A DNA stretch of 62,792 bases, filler included, from Asterionella formosa (Eukaryota): the NCBI GenBank assembly GCA_002256025.1. It is 13 parts of 13 records of this genome, joined end to end, with 100 filler letters (N's around TTAATTAATTAA, not from the genome) between each part and the next. Parts side by side here need not be neighbours in the genome. Positions count along the whole stretch, not along the records: positions 23,152 to 46,185 come from NKIB01002552.1; positions 46,286 to 47,695 come from NKIB01002568.1; positions 47,796 to 49,204 come from NKIB01002570.1; positions 49,305 to 50,713 come from NKIB01002571.1; 9 more parts are not named here. One strand, 5' to 3'. Under the pieces are notes generated by a model, which searched no databases, was not told where the DNA came from, and saw only the letters and a list, made by a program, of their open reading frames with translations. Positions 36,400 through 49,880 of this stretch are shown here, piece after piece; position 1 is the stretch's first letter; each line of letters opens with the position of its first letter. Position numbers and translations under genes: made by a program.

Positions 36400-37240
36400 T
36401 ACGACCAATTTGTTATTGCTACAGTTATCAATATAGATGTAATCTAGCAGGTCGGAAAAGGAGAATGCCATTGTGGCACATCTCAATTTTGACTCACTAG
36501 TATGGCGACATACAATGAATGTTAAAATATGCAACAACTGTTTCTTAACGAATTTACTAATTAAATTGTTGTCAGCTACTCATTCTTTCCTTCTTTTTCT
36601 ATATTGTACTACTTGCTAAAGTTATCGCTTCATAATATCTGTAGCCGCTCCGAAAAGAAGACGGCCATTGCGGCACATGTCAATTATGACTCACTACGAC
36701 ACAGCTCACTAGCTACGGCGACATGCATTGAATATTAAAAATAGGCAACAGCTGTTTCTTAACGAATTAACGAATTCAATTATTGTCAGCTACTCATCCT
36801 TTTCTTCTTTTTCTATATTTTACTTGCTAAAGTTATCGCTGTAGACTATTTGTAGCCGCTCCGGAAAGGAGACGGCCATTGCGGCACATCTCAATTTTGA
36901 CTCACTACGGCGACATGCATTGAATGTTAAAATATGCAACAGCTGTTTCTAAGCAATTTTACGAATCAATCGATGACAGCTGCTCCTCCTTTGCTTCTTT
37001 TTCTACATTGTACTTGCTAGAGTTATTGCTGTGGACTATTTGTAGCCGCTCCGAAAATATGCAACAGCTTTTTCTTAACGAATTTATGAATTCAATTGAT
37101 GACAGCTGCTCCTCATTTGCTTCTTTTTCTATATTGTACTTGCTAGAGTTATCGCTGTAGACTATTTGTAGCTGCCCCAAAACGGAGAAGCCCGTTGTGG
37201 CACATCTCAATTTCGACTCACTACGGAGACATGCAATGCT
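36400..37240 (+). repeat. Tandem array, ~172 bp basic unit x4-5; homologous to 52326-52465
   Basis: Recurrent GGCACATCTCAATTTTGACTCACTACGG and TACTTGCTA(A/G)AGTTATCGCTGTAGACTATTTGTAGC. Confidence 0.9.
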
Positions 37241-37761
37241 CAACGATGCTCAACGAGGACCAACGGTGCTTCATTTCTAATCTGGCAGGCTATTTTAATC
37301 TCTAGTACAATCAACAATGACTAAACAATGTGTCTACAACATCAACTACTACTACATGTGCTGAATTCTACTGTGTGAATCTTCCTCTTGCATGTGTTGT
37401 TATTTGCCAGTTGAGATCAAAGAAATATGTCGTCGGAGCAGAAAAATAATAAGTGAATCGGAATTGGCGACTCTTTCGTTCATTATATGGTTAAAGCAGC
37501 ATAATATTGCAGCGGAGAAGCATAATTTCGCTTTTATACTGTCGCGATGGCTAGTTGGTCAACATCTATTGTCACGAACAGACATAATTATTGGTGTGAT
37601 CACATAATTATTCGATAAGTGAAATGAATTTTTGTTTAACCCGAATAAATTAGGGAAAAAGTAACATAATATTTCAAAAAAGTAACATTATATTTTAGAA
37701 AAGTAGCATAAATACGTCAGTTTAGACATAAATTCGAAAAAGTGCCATAAACGGCGTCTTA
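37095..37761 (+). mobile_element. Terminal segment of a large repetitive element, homologous to 52326-53004
   Basis: ~670 bp colinear match; homology stops at ACGGCGTCTTA; subterminal AAAAGTA(A/G)CATAA repeats. Confidence 0.8.
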
Positions 37762-38104
37762 CTTTTGCAAACTTTTTCGGTCTTTTGCAATCTTCGAGTT
37801 CTTTTCGGAGAACGTGATATGAGTTGATTTTAGGTGAAACACAGTAACTTTGGAGTTCCGGTCAACCCCCGGCAGACTTTGAGTGCTCATATCATCATTG
37901 CAGCTGGAAGGTCTGGTAATCAGTGCATTGCGCGCACTTTATACTAAAATTTTCACATAGCGGTTTCAACCTACTTCTTTGGTAGTCTGACCAGTTCACC
38001 AATTCCAAAATGGTGAAATATTTAAAAATTTTATCATGTATTTATATTAGCTGTAACCATTACAAAGTTTCAAACTGAAAATCACTGCTTCTTTCACAGC
38101 AGAA

Positions 38105-38635
38105 TCACTGAGTACTAACTTCAACTTGCTGACTATGGTCTTCAACTTGCTAACTGCTGACTTGATTTGCTGAAAATTTGAAATATTCGCTGACTGCTGA
38201 CTTCATTTGTGGAATACTGACATGAAATCGCTGACTGCTAGTAACTTCAACTTGCTGACTTCAAGCAACCTATTGTGTAGGAAGCAAGCAAGTATACAAA
38301 TTGTGTTTACTTTTCATATTTGAATAATGATGGAAATGCATCTTTTTGTTGTGGGATGCTGAAGCGATGCCTACTACATATTATCGGATCAGGAGTAACA
38401 CAGTGGAAATAAAAAAATTTAAATAGTCATTGCAATATACTGCTTTTTTTTGCTACTGTACCTACCAGTATGTACTACGTATCTTAGAAATGCTGACTTC
38501 AGCTTGCTAATTACTGACTGCTGACTCGATTCGCTGAAATTTTGAAAAAAATCGCTGACTGCTGACTTCATTTGCTGACTAACGGTACTGACATGAAATC
38601 CCTGACTGTAATTTCAACATACCGGTACTGACTGC
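38105..38635 (+). repeat. Cluster of GCTGACT / ACTTGCTGACT short repeats, with a ~100 bp internal duplication
   Basis: More than 10 copies of (T/C)GCTGACT; blocks 38150-38240 and 38510-38610 are similar. Confidence 0.75.
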
Positions 38636-39011
38636 TTTCGTTTTGACGATAAAACATCTAACGGCTTAACGTTTATGTAAACAATTATTTAACAATTATT
38701 AAAAGAATACCTAATTGAGTGGTGCAAAATGTAGAGGTTCGACAATTTTCGGGGGATATACCCCTACCTTTTTTCTCATGTGCGCGTTATGTGCGCTGAT
38801 TACCACCGGACTTTCCTGAATAAAAAAATTAAGCTGAAATGACGTAACAGAGGAGCGAATAATGAATACAAGTTTTTTTTTCGATTATGATGGAACAGAA
38901 TTAGAAGTAACAAACGCGAACGCTTCCAAACTCAAGCAATTCTATTGGCATTTCTCTTTCTTATGTCTTCTGCCATAGCAGGTTTAAGATCAGAGTCTAT
39001 CTAGTATTACT

Positions 39012-40691
<1,680 letters not shown>

Positions 40692-41030
40692 TAGCGTCTG
40701 CACGCAACATTTCCGATTATAGTACCTGGTATAGTAAGGATTCGTTTACATCTTGAAAGTTAAATTAATTTTGGCTATGAGGGCTGTAGAACAAGAATTC
40801 TTGAATTTCTGTTCTGATTGCAATGTTGCCAGTTCCGACTATCAATCTGTTACATAACCTAGAAAGTTAGAGGAGGATTGCAACAGAACTAATCAACTTA
40901 GTGCATTTAAATGCCATGTCGCTCAGAGAAATCCAGCCCCAATCATCAGTACATTCCTGGCATTTCCCATCAAACGTATGTACTTGAAATTTATTTGATG
41001 ATGTTGTCTTACGCCCAAATACTTTTCAGA

Positions 41031-41861
41031 TTAGGACCACAACTCATCGTCATCTTCGTCATCACTGAAAAAATCATCTCCAGAGAATCCAGTGGCATTT
41101 GCTTGTACATTCTGGAAAGGAAACGCATCATGCATCATCTGTCGCTGTTGCTTGATTTCATGCAGTTCCTCTTTGCACATTTCTAGATCGAATTCGAGCA
41201 ACACTATCCTTTCAATTTTATTAGCGAGCTCCCTTCTCATTTTTGCTACATCAAATTCAGAAGCGGACGATTCTGCGCTTTTAATGCTTCTGCTCGATGG
41301 ATCTCGCTCCATCAAAATCCTAGCCGAATCGAGCTGCTTTTGTAAACTTTTCACTTTCTCCTCGCTGGTTTCAAGCTGCAAACTCAGCATTTTATTGCGA
41401 TTTTCTTGTTCCGAGCACTTCAGTTGTAAGTCGTCCATCTTACCGCGAAGAGCACCAAGGTCAGTATCATTTGATGACATTTTTCTTGCAGTCTGAGCTT
41501 CCTTGTAGGCTTCGATTTCTTGCAGAAGTTCATCAATCTTCCTGTCGCGCTCCACAACCTGATTTCGTCGTTGCTCCGCCTTGGATCGTATCGTGTTCAG
41601 ACTCATTTCTTGTTTCACTGTAACTCTTTTCAGTGCCTTCATTGCTTCTAGTAATTTTTCTTCGTTAGTTGAGTTCGTACTGGCATCATCAGCATTTGAG
41701 GCACTGGAGGAAGCAACCCCATTCTGCGCATTGTTGAGCTGTTTGCGTAGGATTCGAATCTCCTCCTTGAGGCCTTTATTGGAGGCCTGCAATTCATAGA
41801 TCTTTTCTAGTTTGCTCTTCTTCGTTTTAGTCTGGTCGGTGGACATACTTTCTGGTGGCAT
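41031..41861 (-). CDS. Coiled-coil protein of unknown function
   Basis: Open frame of ~276 aa from ATG 41861; heptad-like K/E/L/Q composition; acidic tail. Confidence 0.8.
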   Translation of the reverse strand: MPPESMSTDQTKTKKSKLEKIYELQASNKGLKEEIRILRKQLNNAQNGVASSSASNADDASTNSTNEEKLLEAMKALKRVTVKQEMSLNTIRSKAEQRRNQVVERDRKIDELLQEIEAYKEAQTARKMSSNDTDLGALRGKMDDLQLKCSEQENRNKMLSLQLETSEEKVKSLQKQLDSARILMERDPSSRSIKSAESSASEFDVAKMRRELANKIERIVLLEFDLEMCKEELHEIKQQRQMMHDAFPFQNVQANATGFSGDDFFSDDEDDDELWS

Positions 41862-42183
41862 GGACAATTGAGAGGGATAGAATAGTTCAGCTCGATGAAT
41901 CAAAGAAATCCAACACTTTGCAAACGAATTGCTGGTTGAAAAAAGTTCGGGCAACAGGTACGTTAGACCAGAGGAGTCGGCTACGAGCGCACCCAATGGG
42001 GATTGGTTTACCGGTAGCTAAATAAGTAGCATGGGAAGCGATCAACAACGCAACGACTCAAACACACGACAAGAAAAACCAGAAATGCAAAAATGACAAT
42101 CAACATAACCATGTCCATCATAGACAACCGGTAGCTACCGGAGTTACCAGTATGTATCGGTATGTGTTTGGGGGGGGTACCAG

Positions 42184-42283
42184 TACCTGCAAGTTGCGGT
42201 AAATTTGCTGAAATTAAAGATTTAGCTGTCTTTATCCCAGATTAAAATGTTAGTTGAAGCAAAATGACCGCAACTTGCTGGTA
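42184..42283 (+). mobile_element. MITE family A, best-preserved copy (100 bp)
   Basis: TACCTGCAAGTTGCGGTAAATTTGCT ... AGCAAAATGACCGCAACTTGCTGGTA. Confidence 0.88.
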
Positions 42284-43153
42284 ACTGCGCCTTGCTGTGC
42301 AAATGAAAGCAAAAGTATGCATGTTTTATCAGTGTATGTACCTGGTACCATAAGTATCAACACCACCAGTGCCGGTACCTGGTACAACGGCTACAGACAG
42401 AGAAATACATACATTCGCAAAACTACTAGGGTACCTGGTACCGTTACGTGTATAGATAACGATGTATTGGGAAAGGGGTTGACCATACATATTTGCGATA
42501 CCGGTAGTGTATACTGAATTCTACTCACAGAGTGAGTATGGAATAATGCATACGGGTAAGAACTCCTACCCCCAGAATATATTGTAAATAAAGTATTGCC
42601 CATCACCTACCGGTACCAGGTACCCCTGCTGAACAATCATCACCTGAACCCATTGGGCCCAGGGGATTTCTATTCGAGAACCACAAGAATGATGATGAGT
42701 TCCATCCACATCAGTTTTACTTTGAGACACACGCAGGGCATTTACCGTACCAGGTACCAACGTTGTACCAGGTACATACAATTCAACAAACCGGTATACC
42801 GGATTAAGCTGAAACTTACGGTGCACGAAATACGAAGATCGAATATTGCGAAGCTATCCCGGCAAAATCTTCGATCGTCGTATTCGGGAAATTTTATGGC
42901 CACCTTACGGTCCCAAAGATTAAATAATTAGTATGTCAATCCATACGTCAAATGACCGATCTCGAGAATTGAAATTTATTTCATACATGAAAATTAGTAG
43001 TCTCGTCTGCAGGAATATGATAGTAATTAATTATAATGAAAATTGTCAACACTCAATGCTCCATCATCATCGTTGCTGTTGATGTTTTAAGGTGATCGGC
43101 CTTCACATCGTCCTATCTCCTTTCTCCTCTGCTCCCACCACCAGCATCTCTCT

Positions 43154-44149
43154 ATGATCACAATGGCGACTGAAGGACCAACAGGATACTCAACTGAGGA
43201 GGAGCATTCCTTTTGCGACTGTATTCGATATTGGATAGGTGGCCCCATTCAAGTGCACATGCTTCGAAGTGTGCAGATTGCCATTATATTTGCTGCTGGT
43301 TGTGAACTTCAACACAGGTTTGCATCTAGGGAGGAGAAGAAATTTCGAGATATGGCTGAAGTGTATTTTCGAAATCTGGATGAAGACCTCAAGGATGAAA
43401 TGTGTGATACCACCATAAAAACTCAACTGCAATATGCATGGGGGTCCAAGAATAAGTTGAGCATGACTGGCGATACCTTATGGGGAAAGTGGCAGGAGAT
43501 TAGAAACAAACTTTGCAACTGTATCATTTCTAGTTCAAACATCGCCCAGGATTTGCACAAACTTCCAAGTGGACAAGGTTTGAAGGATGCATATTTCAAA
43601 TTTGTCTGCAATATTTACAAGCAAAGTTTCCAAAAGAAGAATCCAATGTGTCAAATCATGATTGATGGAGTTGATCTACCTGGTCAATCAACCCCAACCA
43701 TGATGGATATGTCGATGCTCAATTTTCAAGCAGCACAAACTCGAAAGGGAAAAACTGAAAAGATTGTTGCTTATCTTGATCTATATGAAAGATTCAAGCA
43801 CATACTCCCTGAAGACAGATATCATGCAGCTGTTTTGAATTGTTTCGATAATCTACCTTCCCTACAAACTTATGATGTTGATAGTACAAGTGTTTTGACT
43901 GATAAAAGTGTTGTCAGTGCAACAAGTGTCTTTGGAAATGAGCTCACTCCAACAAATACTACCCCAATTCCCTCTTTTGTTCATAATGATGAGCAAGATA
44001 AAGATCAAGGCCCAGGACTTGTTGGAGGCATTTGCACTGACTGCCAAGTCATGAACAGTGAACACCTTGGCATTGATTGCAACAAATTTGTATCATTTGG
44101 TGTTGTGGTGCTTGCTTTTCTATGCACAGCTCTGATGTTCAGGAACTAA
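43154..44149 (+). CDS. Probable transposon accessory (DNA-binding) ORF, likely degenerate
   Basis: 331 aa ORF tail-to-tail with the transposase; TLWGKWQEIRNKL resembles a Myb/trihelix third helix. Confidence 0.55.
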   Translation: MITMATEGPTGYSTEEEHSFCDCIRYWIGGPIQVHMLRSVQIAIIFAAGCELQHRFASREEKKFRDMAEVYFRNLDEDLKDEMCDTTIKTQLQYAWGSKNKLSMTGDTLWGKWQEIRNKLCNCIISSSNIAQDLHKLPSGQGLKDAYFKFVCNIYKQSFQKKNPMCQIMIDGVDLPGQSTPTMMDMSMLNFQAAQTRKGKTEKIVAYLDLYERFKHILPEDRYHAAVLNCFDNLPSLQTYDVDSTSVLTDKSVVSATSVFGNELTPTNTTPIPSFVHNDEQDKDQGPGLVGGICTDCQVMNSEHLGIDCNKFVSFGVVVLAFLCTALMFRN

Positions 44150-44212
44150 TTAGGCAACATAAATACTCATGAATATATTTTACTAAGAATATATATAGTT
44201 ACATAATATATA

Positions 44213-45502
44213 TTAAGCTATCGTGCTAACTTGCTTCTTGTTACATCTTTTACGAAATTCGTCATAATGATCAACAAGTAGCTGAACTCTATTCCACCAT
44301 TGACTTTGTTTACCCCCAGCCAATGTTTCATTCAAGAAGTTGCGGTGTGAAGTAACATGCAATTCCATGCAGTCACCTCGCACAGTATGCGCAATATGCT
44401 GTGTGTCAGAACTTTCACAGTCAAGGTAACCATCGCTTTCTAATAGAATGTTATGGAGCATACAGCATGATGTGAACGCATTTTCGATATGCTCAGGTCA
44501 AGCCAAGTTGTTCCAGTTCTTAAGAAATAACCATCGACTTTTCAATATACCAAAGAAAGTACATTCAATATCTTTTCGAACTGACTCCACCATCTTACCC
44601 CATGCCCTTTCTTTTCCATGTTCATTGCCATTTTTAATTGGACAAATCAACACTGGCCATCGTAGGTACCCTCCATCACAAATGAAATAGTAGCCTTTAC
44701 AAGTAATAGAAGACTCAACAGTGAGCACATTCCACTCTTGCCTGCCAAGAAACGAATTTCGATTGTGTAGATTGGAAACAGCAGCATCAAACTTGACTAC
44801 TATGTGTTTGTCATTTCTTGTTCCTGGGTGTAGGTAGCTGATTGAAACCACCTCAAAAACAACTGAAGGATACCCCTTGGAACCTTTAAATATATTCTTC
44901 TGGTAGGCAGGACATCGATTCCATCCAATGTGCACACAATCAACTGAGCCTATACAACCTGGAAGGCCAATGGAACTGTAATCATTTGGAATTCGTTGCA
45001 GTTGGTCATCATCTTCCTCGTCTTCCTCTCTCAGTATGTATACATATTCATCCTTCTTTTCTGCAAACTTTGAAGTCCAGTGAATGAAAAATTTTCGGTG
45101 TACCTCTTTAGAGATGTCAGTTTGAATATACATATACAAGTGGGAAGCACCGGTTGCTAGAGTGTAGAGAACACCCAGGAGGAGCAACTCAAGGTCCTTG
45201 CACAGAAGATTGGTGCAATCTTTCCTGTGTGGATCATACCAACCATTAGATATTGTCATATCATATAGTTTCAAGAATATGTCGAATGGAAGACGAAATT
45301 TTTTGCGAAAGAGCTTTGCTTCCCATGTGTTCATATCCAATTGTAAGATGCGCTTTTCGTTTGTTAGGAACTTCTTCCACCAACATGACTCTTCCCTTGA
45401 CACCAGAGGTCGTTTCTTTCTTTTTCGCTTAGCAGATGTTGTTGGATGGCAATTTCTGTTGGACAGCAATTGCTGATTACCTCTTTCAGATTGAGCTTCC
45501 AA
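44213..45502 (-). pseudogene. PIF/Harbinger transposase (Plant_tran/DDE_Tnp_4-like), frameshifted near 44500
   Basis: LFRKKFRLPF, GLPGCIGSVDCVHIGWNRCP, GTRNDKHI, YFICDGGY, ESVRKDIECTFFGILKSRW, then CCMLHNILL in another frame. Confidence 0.92.
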
Positions 45503-45997
45503 ATGGAACTGAGAAACCAGCTCATTTCACAATGCAGCTGGCAAGGCTGCTGGTTGTTGCCATGACAACCATTGTTGCTTCCATGGCTGTACACACTGTT
45601 GATGATGTGCCAACAAGGTTGATGATAGCATTGGTGGAGTCGTCATGTTACAAATTATTATCATAAAACAAAAATATTAAAAGTAAGAATTATTATATTA
45701 ATAATATCTACGGTAATAATAATGACAATAATACTACAATAGAAGTATCGAAGTATCGAATACTATATCATCAGTATATGTGATGACGATTATATATTGT
45801 TTCCGCCATTCTGATTGGTGGAGACAATCTTCGTTTGCCCGAAGATTAATCTTCTGGAAACGAAGATTGTTCAAGAAAATACGAAGATTGGGTCAATATC
45901 GTGGATGTGTACTGTGAAATATGTTTACTGGCAGTGCAAAATCGTGCTGAGTGCCGGTCTGCACATATTGTACTCCTACCAGGTAACAGGTACCTGG

Positions 45998-46185
45998 TGA
46001 GCGATCTTGCGCATCAATACAGATGTATATAGGGTTAGTGTTATATCATGTATGTATAAGAACTCAATAATGAGAGAACTCGACTAACCCTCATTGTATA
46101 CTTTGGTGTCGACTTGGAGAACGAGTTACACACAAGGATTAACAAATAAGCTCATATATTCAACAAATACTACTACTTCTAGTTA
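45998..46185 (+). mobile_element. Gypsy-like family, copy 1: putative 157 bp 5' LTR (45998-46154) + leader, cut by contig end
   Basis: TGAGC...GCTCA inverted ends; homologous to 54367-54531 and 58879-59064 (minus). Confidence 0.8.
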
Positions 46186-48511
46186 NNNNNNNNNNNNNNN
46201 NNNNNNNNNNNNNNNNNNNNNNNNNNNNNTTAATTAATTAANNNNNNNNNNNNNNNNNNNNNNNNNNNNNNNNNNNNNNNNNNNNGGATGCTGACTAAAG
46301 GGAGGATCGAAAGTACATTATTATTGCTCATGATGGAAGGTATTTAGTGGCAGTTCTTGTTTCCTTTATTAGGGATTCAAGAAAGTGGGTCGTTAAGGCA
46401 GTTGCTGAGCGACAACAGGCAGGATGGGAAAGGAAATGCAATCGAAATCGTCTCGCTGGATAGCAGCAACGTTGGCAGCCTTTCTTCACTTTACTTTCTA
46501 TCTCAAAGTGAGTTTATAGATCATAAATCGAAAATGAGCGAAAGGAATAAAACCCACAAATGCCAATTGCACGCGACACGAGCTGCTGAGGTGCACAGAT
46601 CACCAGGCGGACGAAAAGTGAAAATGCTCTTGAGTACCGGTACATACGATACATACGAAAGAAAACTAGAGGAATTAAAAGCCTGTCAATAATATGCAGG
46701 TCTGTCCACATGTGGACATTAAATCTAAATGCATTCATAAGCGAGACTTTCATGCACAATTATCAATATTGATTACTGCTGAAAAGTGTAATGACTTCCA
46801 CTTGTTGGTTGACGCGAACCTGGTGGTTCGGGTGTTGCAGTCATTGAGACGCCTTAACCGGATTTTTGCAAAATGTCTTAAATAGTTAAAAAGATTTTTT
46901 TCAAAAATGACCATCCGCTACTAACATGTCCATACCAACGACCAAATGTCAAGAGCCAAAAGCCATTGTAATCTTAAAAAACGTCATGTCGTCGAAGAAG
47001 TGTGATTCAATATGTTTGTATACCTAGTCGAATATTGTTTTCCCAAACTATCGACCAAAAGGTGAAATAGTTAACTTTTTAGCGAATAGAAATAACCCTG
47101 GAGTGTTGTGTTATGGACATTTTTCGAAATGAAAATCCACGATGTCCAAGGGAAGTTGCGCTATATGCGACATTTAGTTTTGTTTTCCTGATAGTCAGCA
47201 CCTGTTTTTCTGCAACTTCCCTAGGTATAATCGTAAAGATGGTTTCTAAATTTTTTAACTATGCCAGGAATAATGACTCATCGGATGACAAACGCCTCCA
47301 TCGACCATGTACCCAGGATACCGGTAGGTAACACCCTGGAAGTTCGTGGAAAGTCCGAACATTGCGAATTCTTCTCCGTAAATACATACCGGTAATCAAC
47401 AGAGGAGCCACAAGTGAGCAAACAATAAAAATTACCGTTACGTAAATTATGTTCTAGGTAATTTTCGTTCATTTCGTGTACATACCGTACTCGATACCAA
47501 GGTACTGGTACCTGGTACTGGAAGTCAGTTTTGCACATGTACATAACGTATTCAGAACAATGCTAGGTAAAAACACATCAAATACCAACGGGGTCTTTCT
47601 AGTTCGACATGCTGATATTAGTCTCCCTTTGTGGCTCGATATGAAAACCTTCGCATCTTTTTCCTTTTCCTTTATATACATCGTTGGATAAACTTNNNNN
47701 NNNNNNNNNNNNNNNNNNNNNNNNNNNNNNNNNNNNNNNTTAATTAATTAANNNNNNNNNNNNNNNNNNNNNNNNNNNNNNNNNNNNNNNNNNNNAGATT
47801 TGTGACAAAAGGAAATAACATCGTAGTCACAAATCAAAAAAAGAATAAACATTTATTTTAAAATTATCAAACATGCTTTACTACTTAACTTGCATCAACT
47901 ATTCAATGACTTCCTGCAAGGCCTGCCAAGTGCAATAAGCATTTGCCAAGAGGATGATAAATGTGGGCAGCCATCAAGATTTGCAGCAATGAAATGATGG
48001 AACAATGATACCATAGTGTGTTGATCGTGATGCATGTATCAAAAATGTTTCAAACACAGTTGAACTCATGAAAACCATATCTGTGTACACAACACAGGAT
48101 TCCATAAATTAATTTAGCCTTTGGTAGGATGCAGCTTCGATCTAGTACAAGGCAGCTACCGGACAATCGTCTTGGAGATCGCCGTGAAGGTGCTGATCTT
48201 CTCTATGACTTCAACCGAAAATCATGGCTTCACGGTGTTCGTCTTGATGTTAGTAGGCAGGTTGATCATTTCTTTCTCGAACTATGATAAGAACGATTGT
48301 CCGGTCGAGGTACACAGAATCCTGGTACTTTGTCCGGTAGAACTGAACTGATGAGGATGGTCTCCCTCATGTGTACATAGCAAATATAATTTTTAACACC
48401 CGCAAACTGTGTGTGGAACGTACGCGGTGGTACTATTATCGTAGTTTCGGTATTCATGGTCTGCTGCATGGTCGCCTTGGGCGGTCGCTGACGACCTATG
48501 GGGGTCGTACA

Positions 48512-48611
48512 TACCTCTAAGTTGCGGTCATTTTGCTTAAATAAACAATTTAATATGGGATAAAGATAGCTAAAGTTTTGGTTTCAGCACAATTACCGCA
48601 GCTTGCTCTGA
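48512..48611 (-). mobile_element. MITE family A copy, reverse orientation
   Basis: AAGTTGCGGTCATTTTGCTTAA...GGATAAAGATAGCTAAA...CAGCACAATTACCGCAGCTTGC. Confidence 0.82.
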
Positions 48612-48824
48612 TGGCGGCGATCAGCCATGGAGCATATACGTGTGTATCATACTACAGTATCGGTACATATGTAGGACATTGCTTCTGCTTACATTCACAA
48701 AAACCTCAAGACCACAACTCAAGATTACATATCGGTATATTTATTACCGTAGCGATATAAGCAAAATAAAATAAACGGCAACTTTTGCTTGTCGTAACTT
48801 TACTCTTCCACCACCTCGACCACC

Positions 48825-49163
48825 ATGGCGGACGAAGGAGAATCAACAACGACAACTGTGGCCCCCGTCAAGGCAACAGCTGGAGGAGGAGCTCCCCCTC
48901 CTCCGTCACAGTTGGCTAAAATGAGAGATGCCAACAACAAATGTAAGAATGCATGATGGTAATGTAAAATGTTCGTCTAATTACAACTGGACAAACCGGT
49001 AGTATTGAATGACATTTCCTCTCCTTGCTGATGTTGGCTCACCACCACACTCTGTCTATATAATGATCTATTACATATTTGTATTAAAACTCAGACAAGG
49101 CATTACTGAAAATGGCCAAGGAACGAATTCAGGCTCAAGAAGAAGAGTTGGAGAGTTTAAAAG
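48825..49163 (+). CDS. 5' part of a spliced coiled-coil (possibly golgin-like) gene; exons 48825-48942 and 49095-49163; truncated by contig end
   Basis: Not in the ORF track; splicing gives MADEGES...QLAKMRDANNKYKALLKMAKERIQAQEEELESLK with GTAAG/CAG and GTGAGT sites. Confidence 0.75.
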
Positions 49164-49880
49164 GTGAGTGCTCATTTCGTTGTTTCTGATTCTGTTTTGG
49201 CGTCNNNNNNNNNNNNNNNNNNNNNNNNNNNNNNNNNNNNNNNNNNNNTTAATTAATTAANNNNNNNNNNNNNNNNNNNNNNNNNNNNNNNNNNNNNNNN
49301 NNNNGTGGTTGATGATACTTTCATTGCTTCGGTGGTGTAGACAATGAAAGAAGGAAAGGGATGAAGGGACCAATAGACTGAAATCGAGTGTCAAGGTTCT
49401 CTTGTCCGATACTATTAGCTACGTTGCATAATGTTAAAGTGAGCTCATCTACGTAGTTAGGACTCGGAGTCAAACGAGTCAAACGATTCGAATGAGTCCA
49501 CTTTGATGTACCAAGCTCTCATCAACCACACATTATACTTTGCTACTCCGAATATAATGAGCCGGACAATATAAGCTATTTCGGAAGACCGATAGTTTGA
49601 AATGAATGATCATGGTTAAATACCTATGATCAGTAAGTGTGAGATAGACATGGGTCTATCTATGATTGTATGTATCTAGAAATGCAAACAGCATTTGGAG
49701 AAAAGTTCGTTTGTTTGTTCAAACAGAACAACCTAAACTAGATTAGTAAACTCACAATAAGAATATAGAAACGGAAAGAGAAACGAACGTCTCTATCTAT
49801 AGTCTTCTTTGTCTAACGATATAGATCTATACTAAAGGTAATACTTTAACACGTTTATAAACGGACTTAAGTGTTTTAAC

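Larger units (their letters stand above)
42817..45915. mobile_element. Degenerate two-ORF PIF/Harbinger-superfamily transposon; boundaries approximate
   Basis: Convergent accessory ORF and transposase; ACGAAGAT/ATCTTCG subterminal repeats at both ends; weak terminal match ACGGTGCAC / GTGTACTGT. Confidence 0.7.

Noticed and set aside
41092..41799. Plus-strand ORFs opposite the coiled-coil gene, and similar antisense ORFs over AlaX, HSD, DA1, gag and PP2C
   Set aside because: Shadow ORFs of real coding sequence with no independent motifs
46286..48470. Short ORFs on two small contigs
   Set aside because: No recognisable domains, many stops, no convincing splice structure
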